From: Bdellovibrio sp.
GTDB taxonomy: Bacteria; Myxococcota; SpSt-1050
Length of the DNA stretch: 64,000 nt
Direction of reading: 5' to 3'
Assembly (NCBI GenBank): GCA_020725805.1
Contig: DYEF01000046.1
Location: 36,573-100,572 of the forward strand
The notes below the pieces were generated by a model. That model worked only from the letters and a program-made list of their open reading frames with translations. It did no database searches and was not told the DNA's origin. Both the position numbers and the translations under genes were made by a program. How positions within the stretch are numbered: the first letter of the stretch is position 1; each line of letters opens with the position of its first letter. Of this stretch, positions 28,232-37,030 are shown in pieces.

Positions 28232-28835
28232 TTGATTTTGCCGGTGAAATATCTTCGGCTATACAGCTCGAGATATTCGAACATTCGTTTGATCTGGCAA
28301 AACAGGCAAGGGTTCTGGAAACCCTGTCGTTCATAAGGAACATATCCATACACCCTTTGAGGCAGTTTGCCATATTTGAACCCATCTGCTTGGGTATATT
28401 ACCATTGTTGCATCTGGCGGCGTCCTTGCAGGCTATATCACAGAGATACCTGTTCGTGTTGCATCTTACAAAGTTGCAGTCCTTTGATTTTGAGATTGCG
28501 GATTTGATTGTATCGGGCATAGAGCCGCAGCGGGTTACACAGTCTTCCTTTGACCTGAAGACTCTGGATGCAGCAAAGTCTTTTACACAGTCCGTGATTC
28601 TGCCGCAGATCGAGTTACAGTCTTCGCCGACCTGAGGGGTATCGTTTTGTCCTACGAAGACCTCTTTCTTGACAAGGTCATTACCTATGGCAACGCTCAG
28701 TGCCTCCCTCTTTGGCTCCGCAGGAGATTCAACCTGTTTTACAGGAGGGGGAAGCGGTGCCGGGGCCTCTTCTTTTGTGCAGCCGGTTATTGCGAGAACT
28801 GACAGAAAAACGAAAATAAGTAAAAATCTGTACAT
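28212..28835 (-). CDS. Cys-rich secreted lipoprotein (type 1)
   Basis: Preferred start is ATG at 28835, preceded by GGAGG (the track start at 28847 lies inside the RBS). Signal peptide plus lipobox LAITGC. 19 Cys in the mature part, with spacing similar to the 38613-39377 product. Confidence 0.65.
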   Translation of the reverse strand: MYRFLLIFVFLSVLAITGCTKEEAPAPLPPPVKQVESPAEPKREALSVAIGNDLVKKEVFVGQNDTPQVGEDCNSICGRITDCVKDFAASRVFRSKEDCVTRCGSMPDTIKSAISKSKDCNFVRCNTNRYLCDIACKDAARCNNGNIPKQMGSNMANCLKGCMDMFLMNDRVSRTLACFARSNECSNISSCIAEDISPAKSIEEYCK

Positions 28836-28967
28836 TTTGACCTCCATCTTAAGCAGAACGCATTAATAATTACATTACATATAGTAAAAAAGCAAATCAT
28901 TTTTAACAGACTGTAAAAAGCCGTATTCGGGAAACAAGTCGGTCCGGCAATTATTCGTTCCGGTTTC

Positions 28968-28996
28968 TTGACACATATATTGACAATTGATATGAT
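28968..28996 (+). promoter_or_regulatory. Sigma70-like promoter (TTGACA-17 nt-TATGAT) in front of the plus-strand radical SAM operon
   Basis: TTGACA at 28968-28973 and TATGAT at 28991-28996. The ATG of paralog I at 29006 is only 9 nt after the -10. A second TTGACA lies at 28980-28985. Confidence 0.45.
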
Positions 28997-29005
28997 TCGA
29001 AGGAT

Positions 29006-30499
29006 ATGGCACTAAAGGTCCTTTTTATTTATCCTGATTATGAATCGATGGGGGTGGAGTTTGTTATGCAGAAGGTCCTCGATGAGGGACATTCGGTTGC
29101 CCTGCTGCTCTATAATTCGAAAGACGATTATACTTCGCAAAACAGGAAGGCAGATACAGGCAGGATTGCAAGAAAAGCCGCCGGAATGGAGCCGGATGTG
29201 ATTGCATTCTCCTGCGTAACGAATATATACAGAGAGCAGCTTGCCATTGCAGATGAGATAAAGAAGGTCAGACCTTCGGTAGTCAATGTCTTCGGTGGTG
29301 TCCACCCTACTATTGTTCCCGAACGTGTGATAGCAGAAAAGCCGGTAGATGCAATAGTCGTCGGGGAAGGTGAGACTCCTTTTGCTGAATACCTCCAGAA
29401 TGTTGAGTCGGGGAGGAGGTCGGAGATAGACGGGGTGGTTGCAAAATACGGTCAGGAGATAACCGGTAATCCGAAGAGATTTCAGCTGACCGACCTGTCG
29501 GTGAGGTCCGCACCTTTTAAGGAGGCTTTTTATCAGCTGAATCCGTTTCAGAAGGCGATTTACAGGACTGTGGCATCGAGGGGTTGTCCATATAACTGTT
29601 CCTATTGTGCAAACAGTGCCCTGAGGAAGCTCTACGGCGGCAGACACTTCAGGTACCGTCCTGTCGAAAATGTTATAGATGAGATAACTCTGGCACGAAA
29701 GAAGTATGACTTGGAATATGTATATTTCGGAGATGATTCCTTTGGTTATGACAAAAGATGGCTCTCGGAGTTTTCAGATGCTTACGAAAGAAATATCGGT
29801 CTGCCGTACAGCTCTATAGCCAATCCTTTGGACCTCGATGCAGATAAAATTGATATGCTTAAAAAATCCGGATGTGTGCATATTCAGCTGGGAATACAGT
29901 CACTCAATCAGCCGGTATGCAGAAAGATTCTCAACAGGCACATCGATACCGGGCATCTGGCAAAGGTTATAAGGATGCTCAAAGATGCCCGTATTTTCAT
30001 TCAGGCTGACCACATTATCGGAATACCGGAAGAGGACCTCTCTTCGCTTGATGAGGCAATAAGTTTCTATCTGGAGAACAGGCCGGATGTCATATCTGTC
30101 TTCTGGCTTACATATTTTCCGTCTGTAGCAATATTGGATTATGCCAGAGAGAACGGTTTGTTGTCGGATAAGGAGATCGAGGATATACTTAGCGGAGAAG
30201 GGGCCGGCAGTATCAAGATGGGTGGTTCGGTCAAGGATTACGATATATACGGAAGACATTTTCTCCTGATGAATTATCTCACACTTCTGCCCGGGTCTGT
30301 ATTCAGGCGGCTTTACAGGAGCCGTATACCGGATTTTCTTACAAAATCCTATGTCTTAGCAACCGGTCTTCCCCGCTTTGTCAAGGCATTTGCGGACAGA
30401 AGGAACTTTCTGGATAAGGAGCACTTAAAAAGGCTGATATACAACACATTTCACAAATCCGTAAGGGCGACAGGTTATTATGAAAAGAGAAGCGATTAA
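29006..30499 (+). CDS. B12-binding-domain radical SAM protein (paralog I)
   Basis: VFGGVHPT, VVGEGETPFAEY, VASRGCPYNCSYCAN. The N-terminus (FIYPDYESMGVEF) resembles paralog N. Confidence 0.9.
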   Translation: MALKVLFIYPDYESMGVEFVMQKVLDEGHSVALLLYNSKDDYTSQNRKADTGRIARKAAGMEPDVIAFSCVTNIYREQLAIADEIKKVRPSVVNVFGGVHPTIVPERVIAEKPVDAIVVGEGETPFAEYLQNVESGRRSEIDGVVAKYGQEITGNPKRFQLTDLSVRSAPFKEAFYQLNPFQKAIYRTVASRGCPYNCSYCANSALRKLYGGRHFRYRPVENVIDEITLARKKYDLEYVYFGDDSFGYDKRWLSEFSDAYERNIGLPYSSIANPLDLDADKIDMLKKSGCVHIQLGIQSLNQPVCRKILNRHIDTGHLAKVIRMLKDARIFIQADHIIGIPEEDLSSLDEAISFYLENRPDVISVFWLTYFPSVAILDYARENGLLSDKEIEDILSGEGAGSIKMGGSVKDYDIYGRHFLLMNYLTLLPGSVFRRLYRSRIPDFLTKSYVLATGLPRFVKAFADRRNFLDKEHLKRLIYNTFHKSVRATGYYEKRSD

Positions 30500-31523
30500 G
30501 GCAGCCGGACTGCTGAACAGGATTCTTTTCAGAAAATTCTTTAAGCTGAATTATTTCGTAACCTACAGGTGCAACAGCCGGTGCAGAATCTGTAACATCT
30601 GGAAGGGTTGTAATAAGACAGGGGAGAAGGAACTCGGTATTCAGGAGATAAGAAGTCTTTTTCAGTCTTTAAGGGGCAGAATATTCTGGATTAATCTTAC
30701 AGGAGGGGAGCCGTTTTTGAGGGATGATATCTCCGAAATTGTGACCGAGGCAATCAGGATTGTAAATCCGCTCATTCTGAATATCCCGACAAACGGATTA
30801 TTGCCCGGGAAAGTCCGGGATTTTGTTGACGGACTTAAAAGGAACGGCAAGTGGACGGGCGGGACGAAAATTATTATGTCCGTAAGCGTTGATGAACTTG
30901 GTGAGAAAGATGATGAACTGAGGGGCGTTAGAGGCGCTTTCGAAAAAGCTCTCGAGACACATAGAATATTATCGTCATCCGGTCTTGTTCTGGTCTATTT
31001 TCAGGTAAATATATCCGGATACAACATATCTGATATAGAACGGATACTGGATAGCATCCCGGAATATGGCAGGTATGTGATTACATTTGCACACAGGGCT
31101 GATCTTTACAGGAATGATGAGAGCAGGATGACAGCGGATTTTCACAGGGATGAGATAATCAGATTTATCGATAATTTTCTGAAAACGCTGAAGACGAGAG
31201 ATTTGCACTCGGCAGTAACAAAACTGTATTTTAAGGGTATGAGGGATTTTCTGCTGAACGGTAAGGCTCCTGTCAGATGTGCCGCCCTCAGGTCAACAAT
31301 GACTATTGACCCGTATGGAAATCTCCTTCCCTGTCCGTATAAAACCGGGGCGGCTGGTAATATCAGGAATTATGATATGGATCCTTTCAGACTTGTTTTG
31401 ACAGAAGAGAAGATATCTGATATCAGGTCCCAGAACGAGAATTGCAATATGTGCTGGCAGAACTGTGAGGCTATTCCGTCATTAATGAACGAACCTTTTT
31501 ATACTCTTAAATGTGTCTTATGA
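30480..31523 (+). CDS. Radical SAM protein with C-terminal SPASM-type auxiliary Fe-S domain
   Basis: YFVTYRCNSRCRICNIW (CxxxCxxC). C-terminal Cys set CAALRSTMTIDPYGNLLPCPY ... CNMCWQNCE is typical of SPASM/twitch domains. Overlaps the upstream gene by 20 nt. Confidence 0.8.
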   Translation: MKREAIKAAGLLNRILFRKFFKLNYFVTYRCNSRCRICNIWKGCNKTGEKELGIQEIRSLFQSLRGRIFWINLTGGEPFLRDDISEIVTEAIRIVNPLILNIPTNGLLPGKVRDFVDGLKRNGKWTGGTKIIMSVSVDELGEKDDELRGVRGAFEKALETHRILSSSGLVLVYFQVNISGYNISDIERILDSIPEYGRYVITFAHRADLYRNDESRMTADFHRDEIIRFIDNFLKTLKTRDLHSAVTKLYFKGMRDFLLNGKAPVRCAALRSTMTIDPYGNLLPCPYKTGAAGNIRNYDMDPFRLVLTEEKISDIRSQNENCNMCWQNCEAIPSLMNEPFYTLKCVL

Positions 31524-32989
31524 AAAAGATATTACTGATCAAGGCTTCATATACGGGACGGATGATAAAATCTATTACACAGCCTCTCGGGATTATGTAC
31601 ATCTCTTCGTTCATTAAGAAGATGGGTGGAGATTATGAAATCAGACTCTTTGACAACAGATTTTATTCTGACAACAGAAAGGTTGAAAATATCATCAGAG
31701 AGTATGCTGCGGATATTGTGGGTATCAGCTCGATTACACAGGAAGCTCAGAATATGCATGATATAGCGGATATTGTGAAAAGATACAACAGGAATGCCGT
31801 CGTCATTGCAGGCGGACCGCACCCTACCCAGTTTTTTGAAGACGTGCTGAATGACGTAAATATTGATTTTGTTGTCCGCGGTGAAGGTGAGGAGGTCTTT
31901 TTTGAACTTGCGGAGAAGATTAAGAAAGGCGAGGATATCGGCTTGTTGAAAGGCGTAGCATACAGGCGGGGAGAGGAGATAATCGACGGAGGTAAAGCCA
32001 TTTTGAGGATGGATGTAAATGAACTGCCGCTACCCGACTATGAGGCCGTCGATATGGAGGATTATTTCAGACACTTCTCTATGTCCACGATAGGTAAGAG
32101 AAGGTATGCCGCGATAAGTACAAGCAGAGGCTGTCCGTACGAATGTATATATTGTCATAATCTCTTCGGGAGAAGATTCAGGTATATGAGTCCCGGGCGG
32201 GTGATTGCGGAGATAGACTATCTGGTCAGAAAATACAGAATAACGGATATCGAGTTCGTGGAGGATATCTTCAACCTCAACAGAGAACGTGCTGAGAAGA
32301 TTCTGGATATGCTGATTAAGAGAGATTATAAACTCAATCTTGCTTTCCCGAATGGTCTTCGTTCGGATATGCTGGACAGGGAGCTTCTCGAAAAATTCAG
32401 AAAGGCAGGGACGATATTTATCAGTTTCGCAATAGAGACGGGTTCGTCCGAACAGCAGAAGAGAATCAAGAAGAGACTCGACCTCGAAAAGGCCAGAGAG
32501 GCAATCGATATGGCATCTGATATGGGAATTTTGTGTAACGGCTTTTTTATGCTCGGCTTTCCGGGTGAGACGAGGGAGGAGATCAAGAAGACTATCGATT
32601 TTGCACTGAACAGCAGACTTCACACGGCATATTTTTTTATTGTAAATCCCTTTAAGGGGACCGAATTGTATGATATGAACAGGGATATGATTGACGGTAT
32701 GTCTGTCAGCAACAGGTACGATGAATATTCCTATTTTCTGGGAAGATTTAATCTGAGCAGGCTCTCTACTCCGGAACTGCTGAAAATACAGAGGGATGCT
32801 TATCTGAAATTTTATCTGAGACCCGGCAGGTCATTCAGGATATTCCGTATGTATGTGAATCTGCCGGACGGTATCAGGTTTCTGACATACTATACACTTA
32901 AGACGCTTTACCTGATAGGAGACAGGGCTATAAAGGGCATTTTTCATTATGAAGGTTCTTCTGATAAAACCGATGATGCATCCCGATAA
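31520..32989 (+). CDS. B12-binding-domain radical SAM protein (paralog J)
   Basis: Preferred start is ATG at 31520 (MKKILLIKA), in an ATGA overlap with the SPASM gene stop; the track start is 31511. IAGGPHPT, VRGEGEEVFFEL, STSRGCPYECIYCHNLFGRRFRY, AFPNGLRSD. Confidence 0.9.
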   Translation: MKKILLIKASYTGRMIKSITQPLGIMYISSFIKKMGGDYEIRLFDNRFYSDNRKVENIIREYAADIVGISSITQEAQNMHDIADIVKRYNRNAVVIAGGPHPTQFFEDVLNDVNIDFVVRGEGEEVFFELAEKIKKGEDIGLLKGVAYRRGEEIIDGGKAILRMDVNELPLPDYEAVDMEDYFRHFSMSTIGKRRYAAISTSRGCPYECIYCHNLFGRRFRYMSPGRVIAEIDYLVRKYRITDIEFVEDIFNLNRERAEKILDMLIKRDYKLNLAFPNGLRSDMLDRELLEKFRKAGTIFISFAIETGSSEQQKRIKKRLDLEKAREAIDMASDMGILCNGFFMLGFPGETREEIKKTIDFALNSRLHTAYFFIVNPFKGTELYDMNRDMIDGMSVSNRYDEYSYFLGRFNLSRLSTPELLKIQRDAYLKFYLRPGRSFRIFRMYVNLPDGIRFLTYYTLKTLYLIGDRAIKGIFHYEGSSDKTDDASR

Positions 32990-34310
32990 TGTCCAGCCTC
33001 CCTTGGGCCTCGGATATCTGGCATCTGTTATAAAATCAGGGGGTTTCGACGTAAGGATTCTGGACCTCGAGCTTCTGAAAAAGGGTGCAGACAGCACAGA
33101 AAGGATTTTAATTCAGAACAGACCCGATGTGGTGGCAATCCAGTGTTATACCTATGGTATCGGTATCGTCAGGGAGTATCTGAAAAAAGTAAAGGAATTC
33201 GATAGCGGCATTATTACAATTCTCGGAGGACCACAGGTTACAGGTTCTCCCGAAGAGACACTTGAATATATGTCTCCTTTTGCTGATTATCTGATTGCGG
33301 GAGAGGCCGAATTTGAGATGGTAAAGCTTTTGAAAGCACTCAAAGAGGGCGTGGTGCCGGAAAGCAATGTAATTAAAGCAGGGCTTATCGAGAATCTGGA
33401 TGATATACCGTTCCCCTGCTGGGAATTGATTGACCCTTCCTCTTATCCTCCGGCCCCTCACGGTGCATTTTACAGGGAGTTTCCCGTGGCTCCGGTTATA
33501 GCCTCCCGTGGCTGTCCGTATAATTGTTATTTCTGTGAGGCTACGGTGCTCTCCGGAAGCAGGGTGAGATACAGGTCGGTCGAAAACCTTACCGAAGAGA
33601 TTCTCTTTCTGAATAAGAGATTTGGTGTAAGGGAGATACACTTTGTCGACGATAATTTTACATTCAGAAGAGATTATGTCCTTAAATTCTGTGAACGTAT
33701 ATTGTCAAAAGGGCTCAGACTCTCGTTTGCCTGTCCGAACGGTGTCAGAATCGATTCAATCGACAGGGAATTGCTCTCTGTTATGAAGAGGGCCGGCTTC
33801 TATTCGCTCTCTTTGGGGATCGAGTCGGGTTCCCAGAGGGTTCTGGACCGGATTAACAAGAAGATTAATCTTGAAGATGTAAAAAAGGCCGTGAAACTGC
33901 TGAATGAAGCAGGGATATGTGCGGTAGGGTTTTTTATTATAGGATTTCCGTTCGAGAGCAGGGAGGATATTGAAAGGACAATAGAGTTTGCAAAGAGTCT
34001 TGACCTGACACTTGCAAATTTTATGCTCTATCACCCTCTGCCCAAAACCGTGCTCTATGAAGAGATGAAGGAGAGTAATCTTCTCGGGGATATCGACCTG
34101 AACGCTGTCTCGTTTTCCCACTCTGCTTATTCGCACGGCAGTATTTCGAAGAGGGATCTGAAATATCTGCAGATAAAGGCTTTTCTGAGTTTTTACGGAA
34201 GACCGGAGAAATTCTTTTCGACGGTGAAAAACATCAGGTCCCCCGAACACTTTATGTATGTATTTAAGAGAATCAGAAGATGGCTTATAGGTTCCTGGTT
34301 TAACCGATGA
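32949..34310 (+). CDS. B12-binding-domain radical SAM protein (paralog K)
   Basis: MKVLLIKPM, ILGGPQVT, IAGEAEFEMVKL, IASRGCPYNCYFCEA, ACPNGVRID. 41-nt overlap with paralog J. Confidence 0.9.
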   Translation: MKVLLIKPMMHPDNVQPPLGLGYLASVIKSGGFDVRILDLELLKKGADSTERILIQNRPDVVAIQCYTYGIGIVREYLKKVKEFDSGIITILGGPQVTGSPEETLEYMSPFADYLIAGEAEFEMVKLLKALKEGVVPESNVIKAGLIENLDDIPFPCWELIDPSSYPPAPHGAFYREFPVAPVIASRGCPYNCYFCEATVLSGSRVRYRSVENLTEEILFLNKRFGVREIHFVDDNFTFRRDYVLKFCERILSKGLRLSFACPNGVRIDSIDRELLSVMKRAGFYSLSLGIESGSQRVLDRINKKINLEDVKKAVKLLNEAGICAVGFFIIGFPFESREDIERTIEFAKSLDLTLANFMLYHPLPKTVLYEEMKESNLLGDIDLNAVSFSHSAYSHGSISKRDLKYLQIKAFLSFYGRPEKFFSTVKNIRSPEHFMYVFKRIRRWLIGSWFNR

Positions 34311-35578
34311 GAGTACTGCTATTAAATCCCCCCGGCCAGAAGAGATATCTCAGAGACTGCTACTGTTCTACTATATCAAAGGGTGCATATCTCTGGCAAC
34401 CGGCAGATCTGTTGTCTGCCTCCGCTATTCTGGGAGAAAAGAATGAACTATCCGTCCTTGACTGTATAGCCCGGGGATTCTCCCCGAAAAAGGCATCAGG
34501 AATGATAAAAGAGATTTCTCCCGAACTTATATATATGCTGATATCATCGCTTTCGCTGAATGAAGATATCGAATTTGCCCGTCTTTTGAAGAGGGAGATA
34601 AGAGGTGTCAGGATTATATGTTCCGGTGAACCGGTTTTATCGGATGAGTTTGCTGAAAAAAATGATGTCTTCGATATTCTTGTGAGGAATTATACAAGTC
34701 CTGATCTGGGAAATCCCGAAGAACTCCTGAAAATGGGTGGCGGCAGGGTGATTGCGGCAGGAGACAAAAGAAGGAGCTCATACTTCAGTATCGGTCAGCC
34801 GTATCATGAGTTGTTTGATAGTGACAGATACTGGATTCCGTTCGCGAGATTACCTTTTGCCACTCTTATAACGGATTTCGGCTGTCCCTTTGGCTGCCGG
34901 TTCTGCAACAGCAATTTTCATTATGCAAAAAGGGATGATGCAGAGGTAATGGAGGATATTCGCAGAATCGCCGTTCTGGGTTTTAAGCATATCTTCATCA
35001 AAGATATGACATTTCTGATAGACAGGGAACGTTCTCTGAGATTTGCCGAAGAGATTGCCAGACACAAAATGACATTCAACTGTTACAGCAGGATTGACCT
35101 TGTGGATAATGATATTCTTGACCAGCTGAAGAGGCTCGGACTCAGACTTATTCAGTTCGGGGTTGAGGATTACGACGAATCAGTACTCGAATCAGAGGGA
35201 AAAAAATTATCGTACGAAAAGACCATATCTGTATTCAGGCATCTGAGGGAGACGGGTGTTTTTACAGGCGCGCATTTCATAGTCGGGCTCCCTTCCCGCA
35301 ATGGTCAGTATGAATATGACAGACTTTTCAGACTTATAAGGGACTTGAGACCGAGTTATATCTCGGTTAATATATTTACTCCGAGAACAGGTTCGTATTA
35401 TTCGGAAAATACAGACGTAAAAAGACCAGCTGACTCTGAAAGACACAAATCAGCCGGTCTGCTTTTCCGGTCGGTCCTCTCAACGTCCTATCTGATAACA
35501 GACCCTATAAAGGATATCAGCAGGGATACCTTTTTATGGTATTTAAAAGCTGTATTCGGTATGATAAAAGGTAACTGA
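34307..35578 (+). CDS. Radical SAM protein with degenerate B12-like N-terminal domain (paralog L)
   Basis: MRVLLLNPPG, LITDFGCPFGCRFCNS. It is the shortest paralog (423 aa) and lacks the GEGE landmark. ATGA overlap with paralog K. Confidence 0.8.
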   Translation: MRVLLLNPPGQKRYLRDCYCSTISKGAYLWQPADLLSASAILGEKNELSVLDCIARGFSPKKASGMIKEISPELIYMLISSLSLNEDIEFARLLKREIRGVRIICSGEPVLSDEFAEKNDVFDILVRNYTSPDLGNPEELLKMGGGRVIAAGDKRRSSYFSIGQPYHELFDSDRYWIPFARLPFATLITDFGCPFGCRFCNSNFHYAKRDDAEVMEDIRRIAVLGFKHIFIKDMTFLIDRERSLRFAEEIARHKMTFNCYSRIDLVDNDILDQLKRLGLRLIQFGVEDYDESVLESEGKKLSYEKTISVFRHLRETGVFTGAHFIVGLPSRNGQYEYDRLFRLIRDLRPSYISVNIFTPRTGSYYSENTDVKRPADSERHKSAGLLFRSVLSTSYLITDPIKDISRDTFLWYLKAVFGMIKGN

Positions 35579-37029
35579 TGGCTGATATACTCTTTATAAT
35601 GCCCCGTATTGGATATATGGATTCGAGACGGAGTCATCCGGCGGTTCCTCTCAGTATCCTGAGCGCTGCAAATCTTGTCTCAAGGGAATTCGGTGTAAAG
35701 ATACTCGATATGCGAATCAGCAACTCTTTTGAGGAAGAACTGAAGACGGAACTGCTGAAAAAGCCGCTTCTGGTAGCCTCAACCTGCTGGACAGGTCCTA
35801 TGATAAGAGATGTAGTCAGGGTAGCGAGGTTTGTAAAGAGATATGGGGATATCCCTGTGGTTCTGGGCGGTGTCCATCCTACCCTGCTCCCTGAGCAGAC
35901 CGTACTCTCCCCTTTTGTTGATTTTGTGATTACTGGCGAAGGAGAAGAATCCCTTCTGAAACTTGCAAGGGTATTGAAAAACGGGGGGAGCATCGGCGAC
36001 GTTCCGAATCTCTGTTACAAAAAGGACGGGAAAGCGGTATCTACATTCAGGTCGGATTTCCTGAAACTGGATGAGCTCCCGGAACTGCCTTACCATCTTA
36101 TAGAAGTTACGAAATATCTTCCGCTCTATCAGGGGAGAAGGAGTATATCAATCGAGAGCTCGAGGGGATGTCCGTTCAGATGCAGATACTGCTATCAGGG
36201 ACCTTTCAACAGACAGCAGATAAGGTTTGTCTCGGCAGATAAGGTTGTAAAGTCGGTAATAAATCTGAGGGACAGATACGGTGTGGAGGATTTTTATTTT
36301 ATCGATGACAATTTCTATATCGATATGGAACGTGGCAAAGAGATTGCGCTGGGGCTTCAGGGCAGGGGAGTAACATACCAGATTCAGGGTGTGGATATTC
36401 TCTCTCTGTCGAAGATGAGCGACGAGTATTTCTCTCTTCTGGAGAGAAGCGGTCTCAGACGTCTGACAATAGGGATTGAGACCGGTTCCCCGAGACTCAG
36501 GGAGTATCTCGGTAAAAAGGGTGATGTTGAGACTATCATAGAAGTTGTGAAGAGACTCTCTAAACACAATATCATCATATATTGCAGTTTCTTCGGAGGA
36601 TATCCGGAGGAGACAGTCGAGGATGTAAGGATGAGTATTGACCTTATGCTCAGGCTCATCGGCTTAAATCCCAATTTCAGAACCTCTCCTTACTATATAT
36701 ATATTCCTTTTCCCGGGACCCGGATGTATGAAGAGATAGTAAAAGCCGGCAGATTCAGGGAGCCCAAAACGTTCGAAGAGTGGGGTGATTTTTCGTGGGA
36801 AGACAATCCATATATCAGGACTCTCGGGAGAGAGAAGGCAGAGCTTTACAGGCGGCTATATCTGCTCACTCTTTTTGCAGATGACAAGTACAGGGAGTAT
36901 GAGTATTCATCCCTCAGAAAGGCAGCGGCATCGCTTTATCACAGAATTGCATATCTGAGGTTAAAGCACTTCTGGCTCAGATATATGCCGGAAATGTTAT
37001 TGTATAAAAATTTGTTTGGTGCTGAGTAA
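35578..37029 (+). CDS. B12-binding-domain radical SAM protein (paralog M)
   Basis: VLGGVHPT, ITGEGEESLLKL, ESSRGCPFRCRYCYQ. TGATG 1-nt overlap with paralog L. Confidence 0.9.
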   Translation: MADILFIMPRIGYMDSRRSHPAVPLSILSAANLVSREFGVKILDMRISNSFEEELKTELLKKPLLVASTCWTGPMIRDVVRVARFVKRYGDIPVVLGGVHPTLLPEQTVLSPFVDFVITGEGEESLLKLARVLKNGGSIGDVPNLCYKKDGKAVSTFRSDFLKLDELPELPYHLIEVTKYLPLYQGRRSISIESSRGCPFRCRYCYQGPFNRQQIRFVSADKVVKSVINLRDRYGVEDFYFIDDNFYIDMERGKEIALGLQGRGVTYQIQGVDILSLSKMSDEYFSLLERSGLRRLTIGIETGSPRLREYLGKKGDVETIIEVVKRLSKHNIIIYCSFFGGYPEETVEDVRMSIDLMLRLIGLNPNFRTSPYYIYIPFPGTRMYEEIVKAGRFREPKTFEEWGDFSWEDNPYIRTLGREKAELYRRLYLLTLFADDKYREYEYSSLRKAAASLYHRIAYLRLKHFWLRYMPEMLLYKNLFGAE

Positions 37030-37030
37030 T

